A stretch of 64,000 nucleotides of DNA, taken from the NCBI GenBank assembly GCA_038321985.1, contig JBBQFN010000019.1:32001-96000 (forward strand). The letters run 5' to 3'. The notes under the pieces were generated by a model. It ran no database searches. It was not told where the DNA came from and saw only the letters and a program-made list of their open reading frames with translations. The DNA is from Cyanophyceae cyanobacterium. Its GTDB lineage: Bacteria > Cyanobacteriota > Cyanobacteriia > Cyanobacteriales > Laspinemataceae. Every line of letters starts with the position of its first letter. Position 1 is the stretch's first letter. Both the position numbers and the translations under genes were made by a program. Positions 1-10,051 of the stretch are shown here, one piece after another.

Positions 1-3000
1 CCGGGTTATAAAATATTAGAAGAAATTCACGAAAGTCACTCTACCGTTGTTTGCCGAGGGCGCAAGAAAGGCCAATCGCAGACAGAAATCCTTAAATTTT
101 TGAAAACTGAATATCCCACCCCTACAGAAATTGCTAAATTCCGACATCAATATGAAATAATTAAGCCGTTGACTATTCCTGGCATCGTCAAACCTTTAAA
201 CCTAGAAAGCTGGGGGAGAGGACTGGTATTGACGATGGAAGATGCAGGGCCTTTGACTGTGGAGCAACTGCTGTCTAATCAAACTTTTGACTTGGAAACA
301 TTTTTCAAAATAGTGATTCCTCTGACCAAAAGTTTGGGAGAAATTCATAAATATTCTATTATCCATTTGGATATCAAGCCTCAAAACGTGGTGATCAATC
401 TTGATCCATTCCGAGTGACGCTGATTGATTTTGGCATTTCCACCCGCCTCGAACGTTCCCACCAGACCTTGAGTAACCCAAATTTACTGGAAGGGACTTT
501 GGCTTATATGTCCCCGGAACAAACCGGGCGGATGAATCGCTCCATTGACTACCGCACAGACTTTTATTCTCTGGGAATCACCTTTTATCAAATGCTCACA
601 GGGGAGCTTCCTTTTGCCACCACTGATCCGGTGGAAATGGTTCATTCTCACATTGCTAAACAACCGATTCCGCCGGATCAAGTCAATCCAGAAGTTCCCC
701 CTATGGTTAGTGCAATTGTGATGAAATTGCTTTCAAAAACTGGGGAAGAGAGATATCAAAGTGCTTACGGGTTAACCTATGATTTAGAAAAATGTTGGAT
801 TCAATGGCAAGAAACGGGACAGATTAAAGAGTTTACTCCCGGCGATCGCGACACTTCGGACAAATTTCAGATCTCGCAGAAACTTTACGGCAGAGAAGCA
901 GAAATTACCGCGTTAATGGCGGCTTTCGGACGAGTCAGCGGAACTGCCGCGCGGGAAGAGACTTCACAAACAGGTTCAACGGCAATTGAACTTATGCTAG
1001 TTTCTGGGTTTTCCGGGATGGGTAAATCGGTGATTGTCCATGAAATTCACAAACCGATCGCCCAGCAACGGGGCTATTTTATCTCCGGAAAGTTTGACCA
1101 ATTCAACCGAGATATTCCTTATCAATCTTTGATTCAAGCGTTCCAGAACCTGATTCGCCAAATTTTAACCGAAACTCCGGAACGGTTAGCTCGTTGGCAA
1201 CAGCGAATTAAAGAAGCCTTAGCCACAGAAGGGCAGATTATTACCGATGTCATTCCGGAATTAGAATTAATTATTGGAGTTCAACCTCCGGTCCCCTCAC
1301 TGCCCCCGACAGAAACCCAAAACCGATTTAATTTACTGTTTCAAAAGTTTATTGCTGTATTCGCGCAAAAAGAACATCCCCTGGCATTATTTCTTGATGA
1401 TTTGCAGTGGGTAGACTTGGCATCTTTAAAACTAATTCAGCAATTAGCGACGGCTTCGGAGAGTCAGGCTTTACTGATTATAGGTGCTTATCGCGATAAT
1501 GAAGTAGATGTGGCTCATCCTTTAATTTCGGCGATGGAGGAAATGGAGGAACAGGGCGCAATTATCAATGGCATCGAACTGCAACCGCTTAAGTTAGAAC
1601 ATATCAATCAATTGATTGCAGATACTCTGCACTGCTCGGAGTTCAAAAGTCTACCTCTAGCTAAGTTAATTTATAATAAAACGCAAGGTAATCCGTTTTT
1701 TATAAACCAGATTCTCCAATCTCTCTATGACAGCAAATTGTTAATTTTTCAGTTTCCGGAGAAAGGGGATAATCAAGGTGGATGGCAGTGGGAAATAGAA
1801 CAAATTCAGGCTGTGGGGATGACGGATAATGTAGTAGGATTAATGACGTCAAAAATCCAGAAACTTTCACTGTCAGTGCAGGAAAATTTGAAGATAGCCG
1901 CTTGTATTGGCAATCGCTTTGATTTGAAAACATTGGCAGTGGTGCGGGAACAGTTCCAGATTGCGATCGCCCGGGATTTATGGCCTGCGGTGCGGGAAGG
2001 ATTCATTTTTTCAAGCAAAAATTACAGCTTTTTACCAGAAAGCAGTGAAGAGACTGCGGCATCTTTACAAGAAAGTGATTTTGAGGTCGAATATAAGTTT
2101 CTGCACGATCGTGTCCAACAAGCTGCCTACTCTCTAATTCCGGAATCTGAACGCCCAACGACTCATTTACGAATCGGCCAGTTGATTTTCAGTCATACCC
2201 GTCCCGAGGATTTAGACTCTAAAATATTTGATATTGTGACCCATTTAAACATGGGTCGCAACTTGATATCAGACCCGGATTTTAAACTAGAATTAGCTCG
2301 CTTGAATAGCATTGCAGGCAAAAAAGCAAAAGATTCAACTGCCTACCAAGCGGCGGTAAAGCATTTGAAAATAGGGCGGCTTTTGTTGCCAAAAAATTCT
2401 TGGGAAAATAATTATGAACTCACATTTTCTTTGCATCGCCAACTAGCCGAATGTGAATATTTAACAGGAAATTTTGCGGGGGCTGACGAACTATTTAAAA
2501 TTACCTTAGAACGCGCTACTGACAAATTTGAACGCGCGGAAATTTATAACCTAATTGTGCTGCTCACGATTACTCAAGAGCGGTTTCAAGAATCAGTGCA
2601 AGCGGGATTAGCGGGAATGAAGCTAATGGGGTTAGAAGTACCGGAAACCGATGGGGAATTGCAAACGGCGATCGGCACTCAAATGCAGGCCGTACAGGCC
2701 CATTTAACCCAGGTAAACATTCCCGATCTCTTGCACCGAACCCCCATGGAAGACCGAGAAAAGCAAGTTTGTATGACTCTCTTGGCAAACTTCTGGGGAG
2801 CTTCATTTGGCGGTGGTTACATTAACTATAATGTCTGGTGCGTCTTAACCCTGACCCAGCTTTCATTAGCCTTTGGTCATGCCGAAACCTCTGCATTTGC
2901 TTACTCTGCTTACGGGTTGATGCTGGCGCTGCAAGAAGACTATAAAACCGGGTATGAATTTGGCGAACTTTCTTTAAAACTACTAGACAAATCCCAGACT

Positions 3001-5352
3001 CCAGTATTTGGTGGCAAAGTCATTAATTTGTTTTGTAATGCGGTTAATACTTACCGAAAACCGTTTAGCAGTAATCTACCTCTCTACGATCGCTCTTACG
3101 GCATTTGCCGGTCTGTGGGAGATGTCATTTATGGAGTTTGGGCCTTATTTTTGAGACTTTGGACCCGCTTGGAAATGGGCGACAACCTGCAAGAAATTGC
3201 CAAAGAGGCAGAAAAATCTCTGATTACTATCCGTCAGACCAATTATCAGAGTATGGTTTATGTTTGTCTGAATTTTCAGCACTTCATCAAGCAATTACAG
3301 GGGATAAATGATGAGTTTGATGAAACGGAAGGTTTGAAGTTTTGGCGAGAAGGGAATTTACTCAGCAGTGTGAATTGGTACTATTATTTAAAAATTCAGG
3401 TTTTATATACCTTCAAGCGTCATGAGGAAGCTCTCACCCTATGCCAGGAAGCTGAACCCCTTGTCCCCGCTAATTTTGGATTTTTCCCTCAGACTAAACA
3501 TCCATTTTATTATGGTTTGACATTAACTGCGGTTTATCCGAGGGCATCGGCAACTGAGCAACAAGAGTATTGGCAAATTCTGGAAAAGCAGCAGCAAAAG
3601 CTGCAAAAATGGGCGGAAAATTGCCCGGAAAATTATCAGGATAAATTCCGGTTACTGTCCGCAGAAATGGCGCGAATTTCGGGAAAAGAACTAGAAGCGA
3701 TGGACCTTTATCGGCAGGCGATCGCCTGCGCTCGGGAATCAGGCTTTACTCAGAATGAAGCTCTCGCCAATGAATTGGCTGCTCAGTTCTATTTTGCCAA
3801 AGGTTGGGATGAAATCGCCAAGGTTTATATCCGAGAGGCGACCTACAATTACCGAAAGTGGGGGGCAGATGCCAAGGTTCAAAGTTTAGAAGCTGAATAT
3901 CCTCAATTCCTGCGTTCTACCGCTAAATTAGGTCAGGCTATTAATTCGTTTCAAACCGTTAATTCATCCACAGGAAGCAGTCAAGGCAGTTCCTTGGATT
4001 TTTTTACGATCATTAAAGCATCCGAAGCATTTTCCAGCGAAATTGTTCTCAGTAAAATGCTGAACAAGTTAATTAAAATTCTCCAGGAGAATGCGGGTGC
4101 AGCTAAAGCCTTTTTGATTTTAAACAACGAGGAAAGATTAACCGTTGAAGCGGCGGTTATTTCAGGGGAAGAGGGGATGGTTTTACAATCGATCCCTGTA
4201 GAAGAATGCGGAGAACTTTCGGCGGGAATTATCAATTATGTGGCAAAAACTCAGTCCGATGTCGTGTTAAATAACGCCAGTCGCGAGGGCCTTTTTACCC
4301 AAGACCCTTATATCCTCGAAACTCAGCCCAAATCGGTGCTTTGTACGACAATTCGACATCAAGGAAAACTCACGGGGATTCTGTATTTTGAAAACAATTT
4401 AACCACTGATGCCTTTACGGGCGATCGCCTAGAAGTCCTGCAAGTCTTAGCCTCCCAAGCCGCTATTTCCCTCGAAAATGCCCTGCTGTACCGCACCCTA
4501 GAGCAAAAAGTCGAGGAACGCACCGCTCAATTAGCCCAAGCGAATGCGGAAATTACCATTCTGAATGAGCGTCTAAAAGCGGATAATTTGCGCATGGCAG
4601 CGGAATTAGATGTCACCCGTCGCCTGCAACAAATGATTTTACCCAAACAGGCGGAACTTAATGCAATTTCCGGGTTAGATATTGCCGGATTTATGGAACC
4701 TGCCGAAGAAGTTGGGGGCGATTATTATGATGTGTTGCAATATCAGGGTCGAGTGAAAATTGGCATCGGGGATGTCACGGGACATGGGTTAGAAAGTGGG
4801 GTGTTGATGATTATGGCTCAAACCGTAGTCCGGAGTTTATTGGAAGGAAATTTTACAGATCCCCAGGAATTTTTAGATGTTCTGAATCGCACGGTTTATC
4901 ATAACGCTCAACGGATGAATTGTGATAAAAGCATGACCTTGGCGCTGTTGGATTATGCCGATGGCGTCTTGCAAATCAGTGGACAGCATGAAGAAGTGAT
5001 TGTGGTGCGATCGGGGGGAAAAGTAGAACGAATTGATACCATTGATTTAGGGTTTCCGATCGCAATGGTGGAAGAAATGGCCGAGTTTGTCACCACTGCC
5101 CGAATCGAGTTAAATCCAGGAGATGTGGTGGTACTTTACACCGATGGTATTACAGAGGCGGTGAACTCTAATAAGCAACTATACGGATTAGAACGGCTGA
5201 TTGATGTGGTCCGAAAAAACTGCAATAGTTCCGCACGTGAAATTCAACAGGCGGCGATCGCAGACGTTAAATCCTATATCGGCCAGCAAAAAGTTTATGA
5301 TGATCTCACGTTACTGATACTTAAACAGAAGGCAGAGGATGAAAAAAAGTAA
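1..5352 (+). CDS. Ser/Thr kinase - AAA ATPase - GAF - SpoIIE/PP2C phosphatase multidomain sensor (5' end lies upstream of the window)
   Basis: The frame is open from base 1 (PGYKILEEIHESHSTVVCRG...). Kinase motifs HLDIKPQN, DFG and YMSPEQ; Walker A GFSGMGKS and Walker B LFLDDLQW; GAF region (DPYI...PKSVLC...LYFEN); C-terminal PP2C motifs GGDYYD, GDVTGHG, YTDGITE and DDLT. Confidence 0.9.
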   Translation, partial: PGYKILEEIHESHSTVVCRGRKKGQSQTEILKFLKTEYPTPTEIAKFRHQYEIIKPLTIPGIVKPLNLESWGRGLVLTMEDAGPLTVEQLLSNQTFDLETFFKIVIPLTKSLGEIHKYSIIHLDIKPQNVVINLDPFRVTLIDFGISTRLERSHQTLSNPNLLEGTLAYMSPEQTGRMNRSIDYRTDFYSLGITFYQMLTGELPFATTDPVEMVHSHIAKQPIPPDQVNPEVPPMVSAIVMKLLSKTGEERYQSAYGLTYDLEKCWIQWQETGQIKEFTPGDRDTSDKFQISQKLYGREAEITALMAAFGRVSGTAAREETSQTGSTAIELMLVSGFSGMGKSVIVHEIHKPIAQQRGYFISGKFDQFNRDIPYQSLIQAFQNLIRQILTETPERLARWQQRIKEALATEGQIITDVIPELELIIGVQPPVPSLPPTETQNRFNLLFQKFIAVFAQKEHPLALFLDDLQWVDLASLKLIQQLATASESQALLIIGAYRDNEVDVAHPLISAMEEMEEQGAIINGIELQPLKLEHINQLIADTLHCSEFKSLPLAKLIYNKTQGNPFFINQILQSLYDSKLLIFQFPEKGDNQGGWQWEIEQIQAVGMTDNVVGLMTSKIQKLSLSVQENLKIAACIGNRFDLKTLAVVREQFQIAIARDLWPAVREGFIFSSKNYSFLPESSEETAASLQESDFEVEYKFLHDRVQQAAYSLIPESERPTTHLRIGQLIFSHTRPEDLDSKIFDIVTHLNMGRNLISDPDFKLELARLNSIAGKKAKDSTAYQAAVKHLKIGRLLLPKNSWENNYELTFSLHRQLAECEYLTGNFAGADELFKITLERATDKFERAEIYNLIVLLTITQERFQESVQAGLAGMKLMGLEVPETDGELQTAIGTQMQAVQAHLTQVNIPDLLHRTPMEDREKQVCMTLLANFWGASFGGGYINYNVWCVLTLTQLSLAFGHAETSAFAYSAYGLMLALQEDYKTGYEFGELSLKLLDKSQTPVFGGKVINLFCNAVNTYRKPFSSNLPLYDRSYGICRSVGDVIYGVWALFLRLWTRLEMGDNLQEIAKEAEKSLITIRQTNYQSMVYVCLNFQHFIKQLQGINDEFDETEGLKFWREGNLLSSVNWYYYLKIQVLYTFKRHEEALTLCQEAEPLVPANFGFFPQTKHPFYYGLTLTAVYPRASATEQQEYWQILEKQQQKLQKWAENCPENYQDKFRLLSAEMARISGKELEAMDLYRQAIACARESGFTQNEALANELAAQFYFAKGWDEIAKVYIREATYNYRKWGADAKVQSLEAEYPQFLRSTAKLGQAINSFQTVNSSTGSSQGSSLDFFTIIKASEAFSSEIVLSKMLNKLIKILQENAGAAKAFLILNNEERLTVEAAVISGEEGMVLQSIPVEECGELSAGIINYVAKTQSDVVLNNASREGLFTQDPYILETQPKSVLCTTIRHQGKLTGILYFENNLTTDAFTGDRLEVLQVLASQAAISLENALLYRTLEQKVEERTAQLAQANAEITILNERLKADNLRMAAELDVTRRLQQMILPKQAELNAISGLDIAGFMEPAEEVGGDYYDVLQYQGRVKIGIGDVTGHGLESGVLMIMAQTVVRSLLEGNFTDPQEFLDVLNRTVYHNAQRMNCDKSMTLALLDYADGVLQISGQHEEVIVVRSGGKVERIDTIDLGFPIAMVEEMAEFVTTARIELNPGDVVVLYTDGITEAVNSNKQLYGLERLIDVVRKNCNSSAREIQQAAIADVKSYIGQQKVYDDLTLLILKQKAEDEKK

Positions 5353-5422
5353 GGGAAATTCAACCCTAATATCTTCAATGCCATACCACGCAGTTTATCC
5401 CTTAGACGGGTTTCAGTGACGC

Positions 5423-6685
5423 TCAAGGGTTGATAATGAGAGCAGCAAAGGCGATCGCCTCTTCCCGGGTGGAAATCTCTCCCTCCACGGTTGCTAATTG
5501 AATTTGGCTTAAAATCTCCCCAATTTGTGGACCTCGGGGAATTCCTAATTCGCTCATTAAATCCGTTCCCGTAATCAGAACTTTTGGATGTGCCGCCAAG
5601 TCTTCTGGGTCCAAATAGCGCTCCACTGCACTCGCGATCGCCTCCAAAGAAATTCCCGATGCCACGGCGATCGCTGCTACAGAGGGAAACAACGAACCCA
5701 CCTGACGAAAGAGAAAATAATGCGATCGCACTGTCCAGTTTTTTAACTCCGGTTCCGATTGTAAAACCTGCCAACTTTTTATAACCTGAAGCGCTGCTTT
5801 AATTTCTACCCGGCTCAATTTTAATCGCATTAATTGCGCTTCCGCCGCCGCAGCTTCTAACGGTAATAAACAGACTAATTTAGCAACAGCTAAATATCCT
5901 GAAATCCTCAACGTAGCTCGTAAATCTAACGAAAACTCTCCCCCTAATTGAGGCCATTTCTCACCTAATTTTATCGCCGCTTCATCAATGCGGGCTAAAA
6001 TTTCAATTGCATCCTGGGTGGCATCAGGTAGCCAATAGCGCAACAATCCATCCTCCCACGCCGCCACTAGATGAGAACTTCCTCCCCTCCGGTTCAGCAG
6101 ATACCAAAACTCCGTATTCACCCGTTCCGCTGCCACCTGACGCAGCAAAGGCGCTAACTGCCGAATTGCCGCTTGGGTTTGAGGTTCGAGAGTAAACCCC
6201 AATTGTGCAGCCTGGCGATAACCCCGTAACAAACGCAGGGGGTCATCGGCGAGATTCGTCGGGGAAATCATCCGAATGGTGCCGGTTTGTAAGTCTTCCC
6301 GTCCTTTCAGGGGGTCTACAATCTGCCCCGTTTGGGGGTGGTAGGCGATCGCATTGATTGTGAAATCCCGACGTTGTAAATCTGCCTCTAGGGTCATCCC
6401 CTCCTGTTTAGCAAAATCCACCGTGGCATTGGGAAACACCACCCGGGCGATTTTGCGTTCGTCATCCAGGACTACAAAACCCGCTTTGTAGCGATCGGCA
6501 ATCTGCTTTGCAATTTTAATCGCATATCCTGGTAATACAAAATCTAAATCTAAATAGGGGGACTGCCGTTCCAGCAAGGCATCTCGGACCGACCCCCCGA
6601 CGAGATAGGCATCAGAAGGCAACATTTCCACGCTAAACGGCCAAGTTTCGGGACCCAGAGCACGAATAGATTCGCCTTGTTTCAT
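5423..6685 (-). CDS. class II tRNA nucleotidyltransferase (probably the CC-adding type)
   Basis: LVGGSVRD...DLDF, DLQRRDFTINA and DDPLRLLRGYR motifs; very short spacer (DFAKQEGMTLEADL) where the flexible loop normally lies. Confidence 0.85.
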   Translation of the reverse strand: MKQGESIRALGPETWPFSVEMLPSDAYLVGGSVRDALLERQSPYLDLDFVLPGYAIKIAKQIADRYKAGFVVLDDERKIARVVFPNATVDFAKQEGMTLEADLQRRDFTINAIAYHPQTGQIVDPLKGREDLQTGTIRMISPTNLADDPLRLLRGYRQAAQLGFTLEPQTQAAIRQLAPLLRQVAAERVNTEFWYLLNRRGGSSHLVAAWEDGLLRYWLPDATQDAIEILARIDEAAIKLGEKWPQLGGEFSLDLRATLRISGYLAVAKLVCLLPLEAAAAEAQLMRLKLSRVEIKAALQVIKSWQVLQSEPELKNWTVRSHYFLFRQVGSLFPSVAAIAVASGISLEAIASAVERYLDPEDLAAHPKVLITGTDLMSELGIPRGPQIGEILSQIQLATVEGEISTREEAIAFAALIINP

Positions 6686-6764
6686 AAAAAAATCAACCTA
6701 CCGGGTGGGCAATATCTGTGCTGATTACGTTAGAGTAACAAAAAAGCCGTATGGAGTGTTTACG

Positions 6765-7013
6765 ATGTGTATTTGCGTAAACTGCCACTATGTCGATCGC
6801 TGCTTAACTTATAACGCAGTAGAATATCAACATCAACAGCCCCACTTAACTGAAACGCCTGATTTTGAACCCCTAGAACCCACGATCAATGTGAATATTC
6901 GCAATACGCCGGATGCAATTGAAATGGAATGGGATGTGGTCGGATGTGAAAGTTTTAAAGCGGAAATGGGCAAATGGGCGCGATTACGTCCCGGGGAATT
7001 AGTTCCCACTTAA
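6765..7013 (+). CDS. ycf34: Ycf34 family Fe-S protein
   Basis: MCICVNC..VDRC.TY...QHQQPHL...EWDVVGCESF pattern. ATG at 6765 is preferred over the upstream GTG. Confidence 0.85.
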   Translation: MCICVNCHYVDRCLTYNAVEYQHQQPHLTETPDFEPLEPTINVNIRNTPDAIEMEWDVVGCESFKAEMGKWARLRPGELVPT

Positions 7014-7123
7014 AGTTAAAATCCATCAACGCTTTAATCGATTTAATCTAGTAAATTACCCTTTATTTTATTCAAAATTAGACTGGCTTAAATCGATTGA
7101 AACGCCACAATTTAGGGGGCATT

Positions 7124-7151
7124 GTAAGGACAGGGCGTTTGCCCTGTCCTT
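7124..7151. repeat. REP-like palindrome (GTAAGGACAGGGC...GCCCTGTCCTT)
   Basis: Perfect 11-bp stem AAGGACAGGGC/GCCCTGTCCTT with a short loop, intergenic. Confidence 0.65.
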
Positions 7152-7248
7152 CCTAATTTTAAGGAAAAAACGACCTAACCCTCTTTAAACATAACCCCGA
7201 AGCCGTACAATTAAACCTACCATTCATAATGCCTTGGTGGTGCTGGTT

Positions 7249-9294
7249 ATGACACATTGCCTGAATCCCGATTGCCCCAAACCCCAGAATCCGGATGGCA
7301 ATCTATTCTGCCAAAATTGTGGGGCTAAATTACGACTGGAAAGTTCTAACAAGTCCACCCCAACAGGTTGCTACCGCGCTATTAAACAAGTAGGTGCCGG
7401 GGGATTTAGTAAAACTTATTTTGCCGTGGATGAATCCCAACCCGGAAAACCCCCTTGTATCATTAAACAATTTCGTCCCAGTCCGACCGCTTCTGGCACC
7501 GCATCGGAATTATTTCACCAAGAACTTGACCGATTAAATGCTATTGGCAACCATCCCCAAATTCCCAACTTATTGGACGGGTTTGAACAAGGCGATCGCC
7601 ACTATATTGTCCAAGATTATATTCCGGGGACCAATTTAGCCATAGAACTCGCCGAACACGGGACATTTACTGAATCTCAGATTCAAAAATTACTAGAGTC
7701 AGTCTTACCTATCTTACATTTCATCCATCATCATCGCCTAATTCACCGCGATATTAAACCTGAAAATATTATTCGCCGTCCTCATCCCAATCCAGACAGT
7801 ATCAGCGGCAGACTGAATCCGACCCAAGTGGTTTTAGTTGATTTTGGCGGGGCTAAATATGCCACAGAAACGACACTAGGCCAACTGGGGACAACCATCG
7901 GCAGTGCAGAATATACCGCACCAGAACAACTCCGGGGACAAGCCAGATTTGCCAGTGATTTGTATAGTTTGGGGGTGACTTGCATCCATTTACTAACCAA
8001 TATGTCCCCCTTTGATTTATGGAATAGTTTAGAAGGGCGGTGGGTTTGGCGGGATTATTTACTCAATCCTGTGAGTGATCGCTTGGCAACAATTCTTGAT
8101 AAAATGCTAATTGAAACTTTATCAAAGCGCTATGCTTCCGCAGAATTTGCTCTAAAAGCCCTCAATCCCAAAATCCAGCTTCCGACCCCTGTAAAATCGG
8201 CAATTTCTAAAGGAAAGGTTGTGATTGTATCTCAATCCTTTCCGCCTATCCAGAACTCCTCTCTCCCAAAACCAGAATTAGAACCGCCTTCCCCATCCCC
8301 TGTCAATTCTCCACCTGCGCCAATGGGTTGGAACTGCGTCCAAACTATCGCCGAAACTGCTGGAAAAAACCCCATCAATGCCGTCACTTTTAGCGCCCAA
8401 TCCCGCACGATCGCCAGTGGCAATGACAAAGGTGCAATCGCTTTATGGGATTTAGAAACCGGGGAATTATTACAAAAAATCCCCGCACATGATCAAGGGA
8501 TACTCTCCATGGCAATCGCCTCTGATGGTCATACCCTTGCCAGTGGAAGCATAGATGGGACGGTTAAACTTTGGAGTCTGTGGCAACTCAGTCCCCAAAA
8601 TTTGCGCCATGGAGTCTCCCCCGTTCATACCCGTACCCTCATCGGACATACCAGTTTGGTGTCATCGGTGGCAATTTGTCCCGACAAACAGCAAGTAGCA
8701 ACGGGTAGTCGCGATCGCACCGTAAAAATTTGGGCGATCGCAACGGGAGAATTACAATGTACCCTCACCGGACATCGCGATCGCGTCACTTGTATCGCTT
8801 ACAATCCAAAATGGGCCACCCCCGACCCTGGGCGATCGCACCTTCTCGCTTCTGGTAGTGCCGATGGGTCGATTTACCTGTGGCAAGCGGATACGGGGGA
8901 ATTAATGCAGGATTTCCCCGCCCATTCCGGTGCGATTCATGCCTTGGCGATCGCCCCAGATGGTAATACTTTAATCAGTTGTAGTTGGGACCGCACTTTA
9001 AAAATTTGGACCTTACCCACGGCAACGAGGAATTTTCCAGAACTGCGGGAAACCCTTTGTCCCCATGTTTTACCCGGATCGGCAGTCGCCATTAGTCCCA
9101 ACGGTAAAACCTTTGCCACCGCCAGTCACGACACCACCATCAAACTCTGGACGTTGGACCCCATAGAACCCGTCACCACCCTATCTGGACATTCCATGAC
9201 AGTCAGTTCCCTAGCCTATAGTCCCGATAGCACCACCTTAGCCAGTGGATCTCATGATGGCACGATTAAGCTGTGGCGAAATGCCTCGGTTTAG
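7249..9294 (+). CDS. Ser/Thr protein kinase with 4-Cys N-terminal prefix and C-terminal WD40 propeller
   Basis: CLNPDC...FCQNCG; GAGGFS; HRDIKPEN; DFG; YTAPEQ; about 7 GH...WD-type repeats. Confidence 0.9.
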   Translation: MTHCLNPDCPKPQNPDGNLFCQNCGAKLRLESSNKSTPTGCYRAIKQVGAGGFSKTYFAVDESQPGKPPCIIKQFRPSPTASGTASELFHQELDRLNAIGNHPQIPNLLDGFEQGDRHYIVQDYIPGTNLAIELAEHGTFTESQIQKLLESVLPILHFIHHHRLIHRDIKPENIIRRPHPNPDSISGRLNPTQVVLVDFGGAKYATETTLGQLGTTIGSAEYTAPEQLRGQARFASDLYSLGVTCIHLLTNMSPFDLWNSLEGRWVWRDYLLNPVSDRLATILDKMLIETLSKRYASAEFALKALNPKIQLPTPVKSAISKGKVVIVSQSFPPIQNSSLPKPELEPPSPSPVNSPPAPMGWNCVQTIAETAGKNPINAVTFSAQSRTIASGNDKGAIALWDLETGELLQKIPAHDQGILSMAIASDGHTLASGSIDGTVKLWSLWQLSPQNLRHGVSPVHTRTLIGHTSLVSSVAICPDKQQVATGSRDRTVKIWAIATGELQCTLTGHRDRVTCIAYNPKWATPDPGRSHLLASGSADGSIYLWQADTGELMQDFPAHSGAIHALAIAPDGNTLISCSWDRTLKIWTLPTATRNFPELRETLCPHVLPGSAVAISPNGKTFATASHDTTIKLWTLDPIEPVTTLSGHSMTVSSLAYSPDSTTLASGSHDGTIKLWRNASV

Positions 9295-9496
9295 GACCCT
9301 CCACTGGACAGAGTTACGAATTTCCCAAGAGGAAATGGGGTTTCGTGCCAACCGGGATCGAACTTACATTTCGGGAATTGAACGCGGGGTGAGAACTCTT
9401 TCTCTAACTGCTATTGTCAATCTAGCCCGGGGTCTAAGTTTAAGCGTTTCCACTGCGGTATTCACTCCATACCCGATTCAACAGGGAATCAGGTAA
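9291..9496 (+). pseudogene. N-terminally truncated XRE/controller (C)-protein-like HTH regulator
   Basis: ISQEEMGFRANRDRTYISGIERGVRTLSLTAIVNLARGL matches the XRE HTH pattern (DRTYISGIER, as in RM controller proteins). No plausible start outside the upstream kinase gene. Confidence 0.65.
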
Positions 9497-9535
9497 AATA
9501 TCAGAAACCGGAATCGCTGTTGAGGAGCGTTTCAA

Positions 9536-9748
9536 ATGCTAGAAATCCACAAAAGTTATGTCATCGATGAAAACCAGAAAGCGATCGCCGTCCAAATTCC
9601 GATCGCAGAGTTTGAGAAGATTGAGGAAATTCTCGAAGATTACGGCTTGGCCAAATTGATGGAAGAAGTGAAAGACAAAAAACCTCTATCCAAAGAGGAA
9701 GCACTAAAATATTATGAATCTGTAAAGGCCAATAATGTGGAACGTTGA
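9536..9748 (+). CDS. putative type II antitoxin
   Basis: 70-aa acidic protein with a GAGGAG RBS, overlapping a downstream RelE-like gene by 14 nt. Confidence 0.7.
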   Translation: MLEIHKSYVIDENQKAIAVQIPIAEFEKIEEILEDYGLAKLMEEVKDKKPLSKEEALKYYESVKANNVER

Positions 9749-10007
9749 ATACACCAAACGATTTTTAAAAGATTTAGCGGCTTTGCCCATAGAAGTTCAA
9801 GGGCGAGTTGAACCCATTATTTTTCAAGAACTCGAAACTGAGAATCCCTTTGATTTAGGATATTTAAAAAAAATGATAGGCTATTGCGATAAATATAAAA
9901 TCCCGGTAGGTGACTATCGGATTGGCATGACGGTTGACAAAAAAATACAAACCATCATTTGTCAACGAGTAGCTCATCGGAGGGATATCTATAAAAATTT
10001 TCCTTAG
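9735..10007 (+). CDS. RelE/ParE family toxin
   Basis: WNVEYTKRFLKDL...LKKM.GY...YKIPVGDYRIG...RVAHRRDIY fits the RelE/StbE pattern. Confidence 0.8.
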   Translation: MWNVEYTKRFLKDLAALPIEVQGRVEPIIFQELETENPFDLGYLKKMIGYCDKYKIPVGDYRIGMTVDKKIQTIICQRVAHRRDIYKNFP

Positions 10008-10051
10008 CACTTACCTTGCGGTTTGTTCATTTTTTTTGAGGGGTCTGAAAA

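Noticed and set aside
5295..5784. ORFs 5295..5774(-) and 5584..5784(+)
   Set aside because: Shadow ORFs overlapping the nucleotidyltransferase; no motifs.
6705..6764. Upstream GTG start for ycf34
   Set aside because: Family similarity starts at MCICVNC (6765), and the extension would occupy the divergent promoter.
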